64,000 nucleotides of DNA, taken from the NCBI GenBank assembly GCA_036397555.1, contig DASWIS010000031.1, positions 80,052-144,051 of the forward strand. Direction: 5' to 3'. The notes beneath the pieces were generated by a model. The model had not been told where the DNA came from and did no database searches. It was given only the letters and a program-made list of their open reading frames with translations. Origin of the DNA: Candidatus Zixiibacteriota bacterium. Lineage in GTDB: Bacteria; Zixibacteria; MSB-5A5; WJJR01. Both the position numbers and the translations under genes were made by a program. Positions 1 to 8,929 of this stretch are shown here, piece after piece (within the stretch, counting starts at the first letter, position 1; every line of letters starts with the position of its first letter).

Positions 1-653
1 TCTCGTTTGACCATGAGGCCTCCAGTTTGCCCGAGGTCGGACCGTTGGGCGCCGCGATCGCCGACCACTGCTTCAGAAAGCGTATCAACGTCGTCGGGTT
101 GGCGCTCTTCGCTGAGGGGACCGCCGCCGGATATGAACTGCTCACCGAACGCGCCGGCGGTGCCGGAGCGCGCTATGGCGACGACTGGATATATCTCGGA
201 TTCCGTCCCCAATACACTGCCGCCATCCTCGGAATGGGTGAATCGATCCCCGATGTGTTCGCCGCTGATTACCGGGGGACCGAGATCGGAACCCTGCCTC
301 TGGGCAGAAGAGTCCTGGACTACAATGACATTGATTTGGTCGTTTCGGTCGCCGACGGTTCGATGCCGACATACTGGGTCGAGTACGCACAGGCGCGGTA
401 CGGGCAAAAGATCGTTGCCGCGCTGTCGGCGGTGATGGTGACATCATTTACTCCATATCTCGAAGCCGGACAATTGGCCGGGATTCTGCCGGGATTGCGC
501 GGCGCCGCCGCATACGAACAGTTGTTGAACTCGCCCGGCGCGGGATCGCGCGGCATGGATGCGATTTCCGGCGCGCATGTGCTGCTCGCCCTGTTGGTCG
601 TCGCCGGCAATATCCAACTGTGGCGATCGCGACGCCGTCGAAAGAACCCGTGA
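1..653 (+). CDS. 5'-truncated gene (frame open from the window edge, codons at 3-5 onward); hypothetical protein with a C-terminal TM helix and an RSRRRRK tail
   Basis: The frame of the 27..653 ORF stays open back to nt 3, and the first in-frame start-like codon is TTG at 27. Hydrophobic stretch AHVLLALLVVAGNIQLW near the C-terminus; no family recognised. Confidence 0.4.
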   Translation, partial: SFDHEASSLPEVGPLGAAIADHCFRKRINVVGLALFAEGTAAGYELLTERAGGAGARYGDDWIYLGFRPQYTAAILGMGESIPDVFAADYRGTEIGTLPLGRRVLDYNDIDLVVSVADGSMPTYWVEYAQARYGQKIVAALSAVMVTSFTPYLEAGQLAGILPGLRGAAAYEQLLNSPGAGSRGMDAISGAHVLLALLVVAGNIQLWRSRRRRKNP

Positions 654-658
654 TCGGC

Positions 659-1252
659 ATGAATCTGGAGACCTCCATAACAGCCCTGTTAACGCTGGCG
701 ATCTACTCGTTTCTGGCCGGAGACAATCCGATCTATCGCTTTGCCGAGCATCTCCTTGTCGGGCTGACATTGGGATACTCGCTGGTCATTACCGTCAGCT
801 CGATCATCATGCCCGAGGTGATATCGCCGCTGGCAACAGGAGAATGGCAGGCGGCCTTTCCCCTGTTGCTGGGGTCCATGATGTTCCTTCGTCTGGTGCC
901 GCGCGCGCGTGGCTGGTCGCAGATACCGATGGCGATCATCATCGGTTGCGGCGCCGGACTGGCGCTCCCCGCGATGCTCAAGGCGCGGGTCGTGCAGCAA
1001 CTGGGCGCGACCATTGAAGGCGTGGGTTCCGTCGATGGTATTCTCATCCTGATCGGCGTGGCGACGACCTTGGTGTATTTCATCTTCACGCGACGCGACA
1101 GCGGAGCTGCCGGCTTCACATCGCGCATCGGCCGGGTTTTCATGATGGTCTTCTTCGGCGCGACATTTGCCTACACCGTGATGTCGCGCATGACCCTGCT
1201 CATCGGCCGACTGGAATTCCTGTTGGGTGACTGGCTCGGCTTGCTCGGGTAG
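659..1252 (+). CDS. polytopic membrane protein, function unknown
   Basis: ATG at 659 lies just after the upstream stop (651-653); an alternative GTG at 620 would overlap it. About six hydrophobic helices. Confidence 0.45.
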   Translation: MNLETSITALLTLAIYSFLAGDNPIYRFAEHLLVGLTLGYSLVITVSSIIMPEVISPLATGEWQAAFPLLLGSMMFLRLVPRARGWSQIPMAIIIGCGAGLALPAMLKARVVQQLGATIEGVGSVDGILILIGVATTLVYFIFTRRDSGAAGFTSRIGRVFMMVFFGATFAYTVMSRMTLLIGRLEFLLGDWLGLLG

Positions 1253-1269
1253 CCGATCGGGAGACGACA

Positions 1270-1419
1270 ATGACCTGCCCGCGCTGCAAGATTGCCATGG
1301 TCGAGCAGAAACGGGTCTTCCATGGCCAACGCAAGTGGTTGTGCCCACGCTGCAAACGTGCCCGCTTTCAACAGGTTAAGAAGGGGCTAACCCCGCCGCC
1401 CACTCGGCCGCGCCGCTGA
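1270..1419 (+). CDS. 49-aa zinc-ribbon micro-protein (two CPRC pairs 20 residues apart, basic C-tail)
   Basis: ATG at 1270 preceded by GGGAG about 6 nt upstream; MTCPRCK...CPRCKRARF; TGA at 1417-1419. Below the ORF-track size cutoff; read by hand. Confidence 0.4.
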   Translation: MTCPRCKIAMVEQKRVFHGQRKWLCPRCKRARFQQVKKGLTPPPTRPRR

Positions 1420-1520
1420 CGGTCCCCACGCCATCTGCGTCGGCAATCTTCGCAATTGCCGATCCGTCAGATCACGTATAAGTTTCCTGTAGGGGGGGCT
1501 TTGCCGATCAATACACAGTG

Positions 1521-2471
1521 ATGATTCGTCGCGCGCTATTCAGCCTGCTGGCCGGGTTCGTCTTCTCGGCCATTTTCGTGTTCGCGCTCCCTCTGCCTCT
1601 GATTTCCGAGGGGGACTTTTCTCCGGATCTGATCCCGCCGGTCCAGGAGGCCGCGTGGACGATCCGCAGCGAGTTTCCCGACCCGCGTCTGGCCAAGGGG
1701 CCGCGTGTGCGCTGTGCCTCGGCGCTGGTTGTCGACAATGTGGCCGGGGAAATCCTCTACGAACGCGATGCCCACACGCGCCGTCCGATCGCCTCGCTGA
1801 CCAAGCTGTTGACCGCCATGGTCTTCCTCGAGTCGCGTGTCGATCTCGACTCGACCGCCCAGATCACGGACGAAGACGCCGCCAATTCCAGCCGCTCATA
1901 CCTTCGAAACGGCGAAATCCTCACGTTGCGCGAATTCCTCTATGCCGCACTGATGACATCCGACAACCGTGCCGCGCGGGTGTTGTCGCGCTCGGCGGGA
2001 ATCACGCAGGAGCAGTTCGTTGAACGCATGAATGAGAAGGTGCGCGAACTGGGATTGGACTCGACCTTCGTGGTCGAGCCGACCGGCCTCTCAGAACTGA
2101 ATGTATCAACCGCGTTCGATTGCGCGCGGCTCGTCAACGCCGCCGTGCAGAATCACCTGATCCGCCACATCACCCAGCAGCGCGAGTTCACGATTCAGGG
2201 GCGCGATCGCCGTCACCGTACGCACCGTCTCGCCAACACCAACCGGCTCCTGTATGCTGATTACCATTTCGCCTGCGCCAAGACCGGCTATATCCTCGAG
2301 GCCGGGTGGTGCATCGCCGCGCGCGCGACATCGCCGCAAGGCAACGATGTCACCACCGTCGTCCTCGGGGCGCCCAGCGACGGATTCCGCTTTGGGTCTC
2401 TGCGCAACGCGATCAATTGGGCATTCGCATTGCCCACACATCGAAGAGCCAACTCCCGCTCCGAGGGCTGA
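1521..2471 (+). CDS. D-alanyl-D-alanine carboxypeptidase (S11 family, PBP5/6-like) with signal peptide
   Basis: SxxK (SLTK), SxN (SDN) and KTG motifs in order; hydrophobic N-terminus; ATG at 1521 immediately after GTG at 1518. Confidence 0.8.
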   Translation: MIRRALFSLLAGFVFSAIFVFALPLPLISEGDFSPDLIPPVQEAAWTIRSEFPDPRLAKGPRVRCASALVVDNVAGEILYERDAHTRRPIASLTKLLTAMVFLESRVDLDSTAQITDEDAANSSRSYLRNGEILTLREFLYAALMTSDNRAARVLSRSAGITQEQFVERMNEKVRELGLDSTFVVEPTGLSELNVSTAFDCARLVNAAVQNHLIRHITQQREFTIQGRDRRHRTHRLANTNRLLYADYHFACAKTGYILEAGWCIAARATSPQGNDVTTVVLGAPSDGFRFGSLRNAINWAFALPTHRRANSRSEG

Positions 2472-2474
2472 GCG

Positions 2475-2723
2475 TTGACGAAGCCGCCGCCCGACCCCAC
2501 TCCTGATCTGGCCGCAACCATTGACACCGGCCTGGATCAACTTGCCGGCAGCTTCGAAGAGATTGAATCCCGCTTGACCCAACTGGCATTACAATCAGCA
2601 TCTCATTCGCGCGAAACCGCCGAACTGCGCGCCCAGATCGAGACCATTCAGGAGACATTGGAGTCGATTGTGCAACAGTTGGATCTGCTGGTACGGACGA
2701 GCGAGCACCGCACGGTCGCCTAA
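2475..2723 (+). CDS. small coiled-coil protein, hypothetical
   Basis: 82-aa ORF with a TTG start and heptad-like LxxL/E-rich composition; no family recognised. Confidence 0.3.
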   Translation: MTKPPPDPTPDLAATIDTGLDQLAGSFEEIESRLTQLALQSASHSRETAELRAQIETIQETLESIVQQLDLLVRTSEHRTVA

Positions 2724-2732
2724 GCGGTTCTG

Positions 2733-3542
2733 ATGATCACCAAGTCCAGGAAACGAATCGTCCCTTACAACGTCTACGCCCCGATCCGGGATGGATTACG
2801 GTATCTGCGATCGTTTCGTTATGCGGGGGGACGATACGAATGTCCACTTTGCAAGGGGCGGTTTTCGACTTTTCGTTCGACTGGGCAACGGGCCACGGTC
2901 CTGGCCGATAGGCAGGTCGTTGGCGCCGGGTACCGTCAGAATGCCAAATGCCCCCGCTGTCGTTGCGACGACCGGGAACGGCTTGTATATCTTTTTCTCA
3001 CTCGGCGCGCGGGCGATTTGCTCGCCCGGGGAATTAGGCTGCTCCATGTTGCGCCCGAGAAGAGACTCTGTACATGGCTGAGGTCTCATCCGAATATCGA
3101 CTACGTGTCGGTGGATCTGGACTCGCCGTTGGCGCAAATGCAGATGGACATCACCGACATCACCTTCGCCGACAACAGCTTTGAACTGATCATCTGTAAT
3201 CATGTGTTGGAGCACATCCCCGACGATGCCCAGGCGATGCGTGAACTGTTCCGGGTTCTCAAACCCGGAGGACTGGCAATTCTGCAAGTACCGATCTCCT
3301 ATGCGATCGATTCCACCTACGAGGATTTCACGATTGTGGATTCCGAAGCTCGTCTGGCGGCCTTCGGACAGCGTGACCATGTGCGAATCTATGGCCCCGA
3401 CTATCCCCAGCGCCTTGGGCGGGCGGGTTTTGCCGTGAAAGCTCATCCGGTCACCGAGATGTTCCGCGACGACGAAGTTGACCAATTCAGACTTCTCATA
3501 AACGAGAGGCTTTTTGAGTGTCGGAAACCAGAGCCATCGTAA
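2733..3542 (+). CDS. class I SAM-dependent methyltransferase with N-terminal Cys4 zinc-ribbon
   Basis: CPLCKG...CPRCRC N-terminal ribbon; LHVAPE, VDLD and LKPGG motifs typical of the Methyltransf_11/25 fold. Confidence 0.6.
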   Translation: MITKSRKRIVPYNVYAPIRDGLRYLRSFRYAGGRYECPLCKGRFSTFRSTGQRATVLADRQVVGAGYRQNAKCPRCRCDDRERLVYLFLTRRAGDLLARGIRLLHVAPEKRLCTWLRSHPNIDYVSVDLDSPLAQMQMDITDITFADNSFELIICNHVLEHIPDDAQAMRELFRVLKPGGLAILQVPISYAIDSTYEDFTIVDSEARLAAFGQRDHVRIYGPDYPQRLGRAGFAVKAHPVTEMFRDDEVDQFRLLINERLFECRKPEPS

Positions 3543-3674
3543 TCGGTACTCTTTCTTTCCCCCCCCAAAAGTGATTGAACCCCATCGGGTCACGGCGTAG
3601 ATTGCCGGGTCGCCGTGGATTGAGGGTCGAGCCGTTTCGGGCGGCGACGTGCGCCGTCGAACGGAGTATCCCGT

Positions 3675-5213
3675 ATGCTCGCCAAAATCACCTCATCGGC
3701 GGTCCTGGGCATCGACGCCTATTTGGTCGAGGTCGAGGCCGATATCTCGCCGTCACTGCCCGCTTTCGTAACGGTCGGGCTCCCGGAGGGCGCGGTGCGC
3801 GAGGCGCGTGAACGGGTCCAGGCGGCGATTAAAAACTCCGAGTTCATGTATCCCAACAAAAAGATTACGATCAACCTCGCCCCGGCAGACATCCGCAAGG
3901 AGGGCTCGGCCTTTGATCTGCCGATGGCGGTCGGGATCATGGCGGCGACCGGGCAGATTCTGCGCGAGGATTATTCCGAATACGTGCTCGTCGGGGAGCT
4001 TTCTCTCGATGGATCGCTCAAGCCGATTCACGGTGTCCTGCCCATGGCGCTCAAAGCGCTGGCCGATGGTAAGAAGGGATTTCTGGTCCCCGATGAAAAC
4101 GCGCGCGAAGCCGCCATCGCCAAGGGACTGAAGGTCTATCCGGTGCGCTCGTTGCGCGACACGGTCACTTTTCTGGAAAACGGCGACTCAGCGGTCCCGT
4201 ACGATCTCGACATCGACGAGGTCTTTGCCGAGGCGCGTGTCTACCCGGTCGATTTCACCGACGTCAAGGGACAGCAACTGGCCAAGCGCGCGCTCGAAGT
4301 CGCGGCCGCGGGCGGGCACAATGTCATCATGGTCGGGCCGCCGGGATCGGGCAAGACGATGCTGGCGCGACGTTTCCCCACCATCCTGCCCGACATGACG
4401 CTCGATGAAGCGCTCGAAACGACCAAGATTCACTCCGTATCCGGGACGCTCCAGGCCGGACGCGCTCTGATCGCAAATCGTCCCTATCGCTCGCCGCATC
4501 ACACGATTTCCAATGCGGGCCTGGTTGGCGGCGGCACGACGCCGCGTCCCGGCGAGGTCTCACTTGCGCACAATGGCGTGCTGTTCCTCGATGAGCTGCC
4601 GGAGTTTAACAAGGACGTCCTTGAAGTGTTGCGTCAGCCCATCGAAGACGGGCATGTCACCATCGCCCGCGCGGCGCTGACTTTGACGTTCCCGGCCCGC
4701 TTCATGCTGGTCGGCGCGATGAACCCGTGCCCCTGCGGGTACTACGGCTCGTCCCTTCACGACTGCACCTGCTCGCAGCAGCAGATCACGCGCTACATGT
4801 CGAAGATTTCTGGTCCGCTGATGGACCGCATCGACATCCACATCGAAGTGCCCGCCGTGAAGTTTAAGGAACTCTCGTCGGAGGAGGCGGGCGAGCCCTC
4901 GGCCGTCGTGCGCCAGCGTGTCAACACCGCCCGCAAGCGGCAAATCGAACGCTTCACCAAAGAACCGGGCATCCATTGCAATGCGCACATGGAGTCCAAA
5001 CACCTGCGCGAGTATTGCCCGATTTCCAATGAATCGCTTGATTTGATGCGCCGCGCGATCAACAAACTGGGGCTCTCGGCGCGCGCCTATGATCGCATTC
5101 TCAAAGTCTCGCGTACGATCGCCGACCTCGAAGGGACCGGGGACATTCACCCGCAGCACATTGCCGAAGCGATCCAATACCGCAATCTTGACCGCAACAT
5201 CTGGATGAACTGA
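3675..5213 (+). CDS. comM: YifB/ComM family Mg-chelatase-like AAA+ ATPase
   Basis: Walker A GPPGSGKT; Cys-rich insert CPCGYYG..CTC; full-length similarity to ComM/YifB (ChlI-like) family. Confidence 0.9.
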   Translation: MLAKITSSAVLGIDAYLVEVEADISPSLPAFVTVGLPEGAVREARERVQAAIKNSEFMYPNKKITINLAPADIRKEGSAFDLPMAVGIMAATGQILREDYSEYVLVGELSLDGSLKPIHGVLPMALKALADGKKGFLVPDENAREAAIAKGLKVYPVRSLRDTVTFLENGDSAVPYDLDIDEVFAEARVYPVDFTDVKGQQLAKRALEVAAAGGHNVIMVGPPGSGKTMLARRFPTILPDMTLDEALETTKIHSVSGTLQAGRALIANRPYRSPHHTISNAGLVGGGTTPRPGEVSLAHNGVLFLDELPEFNKDVLEVLRQPIEDGHVTIARAALTLTFPARFMLVGAMNPCPCGYYGSSLHDCTCSQQQITRYMSKISGPLMDRIDIHIEVPAVKFKELSSEEAGEPSAVVRQRVNTARKRQIERFTKEPGIHCNAHMESKHLREYCPISNESLDLMRRAINKLGLSARAYDRILKVSRTIADLEGTGDIHPQHIAEAIQYRNLDRNIWMN

Positions 5214-6004
5214 TGAGCAATCCCGAACTCAAAGACGCTGTCTGGCAGGTGCTTGAGCAGGCCGCCCGTCATCAGGAAAGCGGCGGCACGGTGCACTCCG
5301 ACTATATCATCCGCAAGTTCCCGCAGGTGAATGAAATCGAACTCATCAACGCCATCGGCGAGTTGGTCGAGGATGGAAAGGTTACGGTCAAGGCCGCCAC
5401 GATCGACGCGCATGGAAACGCCACGGCCTATCACATCCATGTGCGCGACGTCGGGGACCGTCCCGATGCGCCGCCGACTCGCGGGCCGCGCATCGCCTCC
5501 GGCAGCGTCGGCTTCGGGCCGGGCTCCGGGCCGCCGCCGCCGGAGCAGAAGCCGCCCGCCGATGAACCGAAAAAGTCCGCGGACAGAGCCGTCGAGCAGG
5601 CGTCGCGTGTCAGTGTCGGTTTTGGCGGCGATCAGCCCGCGCTGTCGAAGCAACCGCCGCCGGATGATCGTTCGGATCGTGTCAACGTCTCCGTGCCGGG
5701 CACCGTCGACAAGCGTTCGGCGATGCAAATGGAAGCCGAGCAAAACTTCGCCGACGAGATGGCGTCGTTCTTCGCCGAATTGGAGATGGCGGAAACCTCC
5801 GACCCCGATGCCCGCGACGAACTGACCAACCAATTGATGGTGCTGATGGCGATGTTCCAGATGGGCGAGACACGCGACTTCACCACCCCGATCAACAAAC
5901 TCGCCGCATTGAAGACCCGCGTCGCGCATGTCGTCCCCGACCTCGTCGGCGACTATGTCCTGCTCGTGCAGACCGCGGTCCGTGCGTGGCTGGGGCGGGT
6001 GTAA
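5213..6004 (+). CDS. hypothetical protein (structured N-domain, Pro/Gly-rich disordered linker, helical C-domain), translationally coupled to comM
   Basis: ATG at 5213 overlaps the comM TGA (5211-5213) as ATGA; low-complexity GPGSGPPPPEQKPP linker. Confidence 0.5.
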   Translation: MSNPELKDAVWQVLEQAARHQESGGTVHSDYIIRKFPQVNEIELINAIGELVEDGKVTVKAATIDAHGNATAYHIHVRDVGDRPDAPPTRGPRIASGSVGFGPGSGPPPPEQKPPADEPKKSADRAVEQASRVSVGFGGDQPALSKQPPPDDRSDRVNVSVPGTVDKRSAMQMEAEQNFADEMASFFAELEMAETSDPDARDELTNQLMVLMAMFQMGETRDFTTPINKLAALKTRVAHVVPDLVGDYVLLVQTAVRAWLGRV

Positions 6005-6020
6005 TGCCCGCTCAGGGATT

Positions 6021-6044
6021 CGTAGGGTGGGCTCAGCCCACCAA
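6021..6044. repeat. REP-like palindrome, GTAG-type (CGTAGGGTGGGCTCAGCCCACCAA)
   Basis: 5' GTAG followed by a perfect 7-bp stem GGTGGGC/GCCCACC with a TCA loop. Sits immediately 5' of the RAYT-like pseudogene; a near-identical copy is at 23461-23484. Confidence 0.55.
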
Positions 6045-6056
6045 TCCTTGACGGCC

Positions 6057-6609
6057 ATGTCAACAGATCGACGCCTCCGCATTGCAGGTGTGACGGATTT
6101 CTTCACTGTGGCGACCCATCAACATGGGCCGATCCTGACGCTCGACAGAATTCCGGAAATCTTGCTTGGGAGTTTCGAGAAGCACGGGATCGGGCGGAAT
6201 TCGACATGCTTGCGCCCGGCATCCTTCCCGAACACCTCCATTGCATATGGAAGATGCCCTCCGAATACTCCGACCTTTCCCGTATCTGGGCGCTCATCCA
6301 ACTTGGGCTCATCGAGCACATCAAAGACTTTTCAATCGTTATGAACCGTTCAGGAATGCAAGCCAGATCTCGAGTCAGCTGTGGCTACTGTGCAGTTTTG
6401 CAAAGAGATTCTGGGAAAACGCGATCCGTGACGATGAGGACCTGAGTCAGCACGTGGATTACGCTCATTACAACCCTGTCAAACATGGGCTTGTGACGAA
6501 TCCCCCGGAGTTGTCATATTCCAGCTTTCGGCGGTATGTTGACCAAGGGTATTATGAGTACGATTGGTCCGAAGAACTCGAGTTGACTGTCGAGGTCGGA
6601 TCGGAGTGA
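6057..6609 (+). pseudogene. REP-associated tyrosine transposase (RAYT, IS200/IS605 Y1 family), disrupted by two frameshifts
   Basis: Three consecutive reading frames carry consecutive RAYT segments. From ATG 6057: MSTDRRLRIAGVTDFFTV. Next frame: ARDRAEFDMLAPGILPEHLHCIW (HUH motif HLH). Third frame: RFWENAIRDDEDLSQHVDYAHYNPVKHGLV (catalytic Tyr region). Low GC (43% in a sampled line). Confidence 0.65.
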
Positions 6610-6644
6610 TAAACGCGAGCGGTGTTTCGCAGAATGGGACATCG

Positions 6645-6661
6645 GTGGGCTGAGACCACCT
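6645..6661. repeat. degenerate REP-like palindrome (GGTGGGCTGAGACCACC) 3' of the RAYT pseudogene
   Basis: GGTGG...CCACC arms around GCTGAGA; resembles the 6021-6044 REP core but lacks GTAG. Confidence 0.3.
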
Positions 6662-6697
6662 GACGAATCCTCTGCGGATGTTCCTATACCATTGAGC

Positions 6698-8095
6698 ATG
6701 AACAAACATCAGCGCACCATAAAGCAGTCCGCCGAATTCGCCGGCATCGGCTTGCACACCGGCAAGCCGTCGACCATCAGCTTTCATCCGGCCCCGGTCG
6801 GGACCGGGATTGTGTTTCGTGTCCCGTCCAACGGCGGCACCGTCGATCTGAAGGCGGACATCGGTTCGGTGATCGATGTTCATCGCGGTACGACCATTGC
6901 CCAGGGCGAAGCCAAGGTGCACACGGTCGAGCATGTGCTCTCGGCGCTCGCCGGGTTGGAAATCGACAACTGCGTCTGCACGCTCGACAATGTCGAGCCG
7001 CCGATCGGCGATGGTTCCAGCAAGCCGTATGTCGACGTGCTGCTGAAGGCAGGAATTCAGGGACAGGACGAGCCGAAGGTCTACTTCGAGCCGGATGCGC
7101 CGATCAACTACTCCGAACCGGGACGCGGCGTCGATCTGATCTGTCTGCCCTCCGACGATTTCCGCGTCACCTACATGGTCGATTACCGCAATCCGGCGCT
7201 CGGCACGCAATACACGACGTTGACATCGCTGGACGAGGAATACGCCCAGGAATTCGCCCCGGCGCGGACCTTCTGTTTTCTTTCGGAAGTCGAGCAGCTC
7301 CACCAGCAAGGACTGATCAAAGGTGGCTCGCTTGACAACGCCATCGTCATTTGCGATGACGGCTACACGCAGGCCGATGCCGAACGTCTTGGACGGATTG
7401 TCGGAATCGACAAACCGTTGCCGATCGGCACCAACGGCATCCTCAACAACGGCGATCTGCGTTTTCCCAACGAGCCGGTGCGTCACAAAGTGGTCGATCT
7501 GATCGGCGACTTGGCGTTGATCGGCCGTCCGCTGAAGGCACACATCCTGGCCGCACGCTCGGGGCATGCTGCCAACGTCGCCCTGGCCAAACGCATCAAG
7601 GCCGAAATCGACAAGAAGAAGTTAGGCGAGAAATACAAAGCGCCGACAACGGGCGGCACGCTCCAGCTCGATGCCGAGGCGATCGCGCGCATCCTCCCAC
7701 ACCGTTACCCGATGCTGCTGATCGACCGTATCCTCTCGCTGGAACCCGGCAAGCATGTCACCGCGATCAAGAATGTATCCTTAAACGAACCGTTCTTCAG
7801 CGGCCACTTTCCCGATCATCCGATCATGCCCGGCGTGCTGATTGTCGAGGCCATGGCACAGGCGGGGGGATTGATGCTGCTGAACATGATCCCGGAGCCG
7901 GAAAAGCAGGTTGTATACTTCATGGCCATCGACGATGCCCGTTTCCGCAAACCGGTGCGTCCCGGTGACCAATTGCGCTTCGAGGTCGAAATGCTGTCGT
8001 TCCGACGCGGCATGTGCAAGATCGCCGGCAAGGCATATGTCGATGACGCGCTGGTCACCGAGGCGACGATGATGGCGATGCTGATGGAACGATAA
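6698..8095 (+). CDS. lpxC-fabZ: bifunctional UDP-3-O-acyl-GlcNAc deacetylase / 3-hydroxyacyl-ACP dehydratase (LpxC-FabZ fusion)
   Basis: The N-terminal 300 aa align to LpxC (HTVEHVLSALAGLEIDN, HKxxD); the C-terminal 150 aa is a FabZ hot-dog (LPHRYPMLLIDRI, GHFPDHPIMPGVL). ATG at 6698 sits just inside the TTG-initiated ORF at 6692. Confidence 0.9.
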   Translation: MNKHQRTIKQSAEFAGIGLHTGKPSTISFHPAPVGTGIVFRVPSNGGTVDLKADIGSVIDVHRGTTIAQGEAKVHTVEHVLSALAGLEIDNCVCTLDNVEPPIGDGSSKPYVDVLLKAGIQGQDEPKVYFEPDAPINYSEPGRGVDLICLPSDDFRVTYMVDYRNPALGTQYTTLTSLDEEYAQEFAPARTFCFLSEVEQLHQQGLIKGGSLDNAIVICDDGYTQADAERLGRIVGIDKPLPIGTNGILNNGDLRFPNEPVRHKVVDLIGDLALIGRPLKAHILAARSGHAANVALAKRIKAEIDKKKLGEKYKAPTTGGTLQLDAEAIARILPHRYPMLLIDRILSLEPGKHVTAIKNVSLNEPFFSGHFPDHPIMPGVLIVEAMAQAGGLMLLNMIPEPEKQVVYFMAIDDARFRKPVRPGDQLRFEVEMLSFRRGMCKIAGKAYVDDALVTEATMMAMLMER

Positions 8096-8107
8096 GGGGC
8101 CGACGAC

Positions 8108-8929
8108 GTGAACACGCAGGCCACGACCATGACCGATCCCGGCGTTCGGCGGACCCAGACCGTAGTCCACCCGACTGCGATCGTCGATCCGCGCGCGCGC
8201 CTCGACATCGGCGTAACGGTCGAGCCCTATGCGATCATCGAAGGGGATGTGAGCATTGCCTCCGGGACTGTCATCGGTTCGCACTCCCGCATCGGCCCCG
8301 GAACGCACATCGGGCACGATGTCCGCATCTCGCACGGCGCCGTCGTCGGAACTGAGCCGCAGGACTTGAAATACGCCGGCGAGCCGACCGCGACACACAT
8401 TGGCGACCGCACCATCATCCGCGAATGCGCCACGGTGCACCGGGGCACGGCCAAGACCGGCCGGACCATTGTCGGCGCCGACTGCATGATTATGGCGTAT
8501 GCCCATGTCGCGCACGACAACACGCTCGGCCATCATGTCATCCTCGCCAACACGGTCCAGTTGGGCGGGCATGTCACGCTCGGCGATTGGGTGGTGATCG
8601 GCGGCGGCACGGTCGTCCATCAATTCACGCTGATCGGCCCCCATGCCATGGTCGGCGGCGGTTTTCGCGTAACTCAGGATATCATGCCGTATGTCGTTGT
8701 CGGCGGATACCCGTTGAAAACCCTGTCGCTGAACCGTGTCGGACTCCAACGTCGCGGATTCGCTCCGGACAAGATCGCCGAGCTGTCGCGCGCGTTTCGT
8801 ATTGTCTTTCGTTCCAAACTTAATTTTTCACAGGCCGCCGACGAGCTGCAACGCGCCATGCCCGACAGTGCCGTAGCACAACAGATGCGGGCATTCATCC
8901 TGCAATCCGAGCGCGGTCTTGTCCGCTGA
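8108..8929 (+). CDS. lpxA: acyl-ACP--UDP-GlcNAc O-acyltransferase
   Basis: Left-handed beta-helix hexapeptide repeats; VHPTAIV and DLKYAGEPT motifs as in LpxA. GTG 8108 with AAGGGG upstream; ATG 8126 is an alternative start. Confidence 0.85.
   Translation: MNTQATTMTDPGVRRTQTVVHPTAIVDPRARLDIGVTVEPYAIIEGDVSIASGTVIGSHSRIGPGTHIGHDVRISHGAVVGTEPQDLKYAGEPTATHIGDRTIIRECATVHRGTAKTGRTIVGADCMIMAYAHVAHDNTLGHHVILANTVQLGGHVTLGDWVVIGGGTVVHQFTLIGPHAMVGGGFRVTQDIMPYVVVGGYPLKTLSLNRVGLQRRGFAPDKIAELSRAFRIVFRSKLNFSQAADELQRAMPDSAVAQQMRAFILQSERGLVR

Noticed and set aside
6479-7567. 362-aa minus-strand ORF
   Set aside because: Lies entirely antisense to the well-supported lpxC-fabZ gene; Arg/Asp/Val-rich composition typical of spurious high-GC antisense frames.
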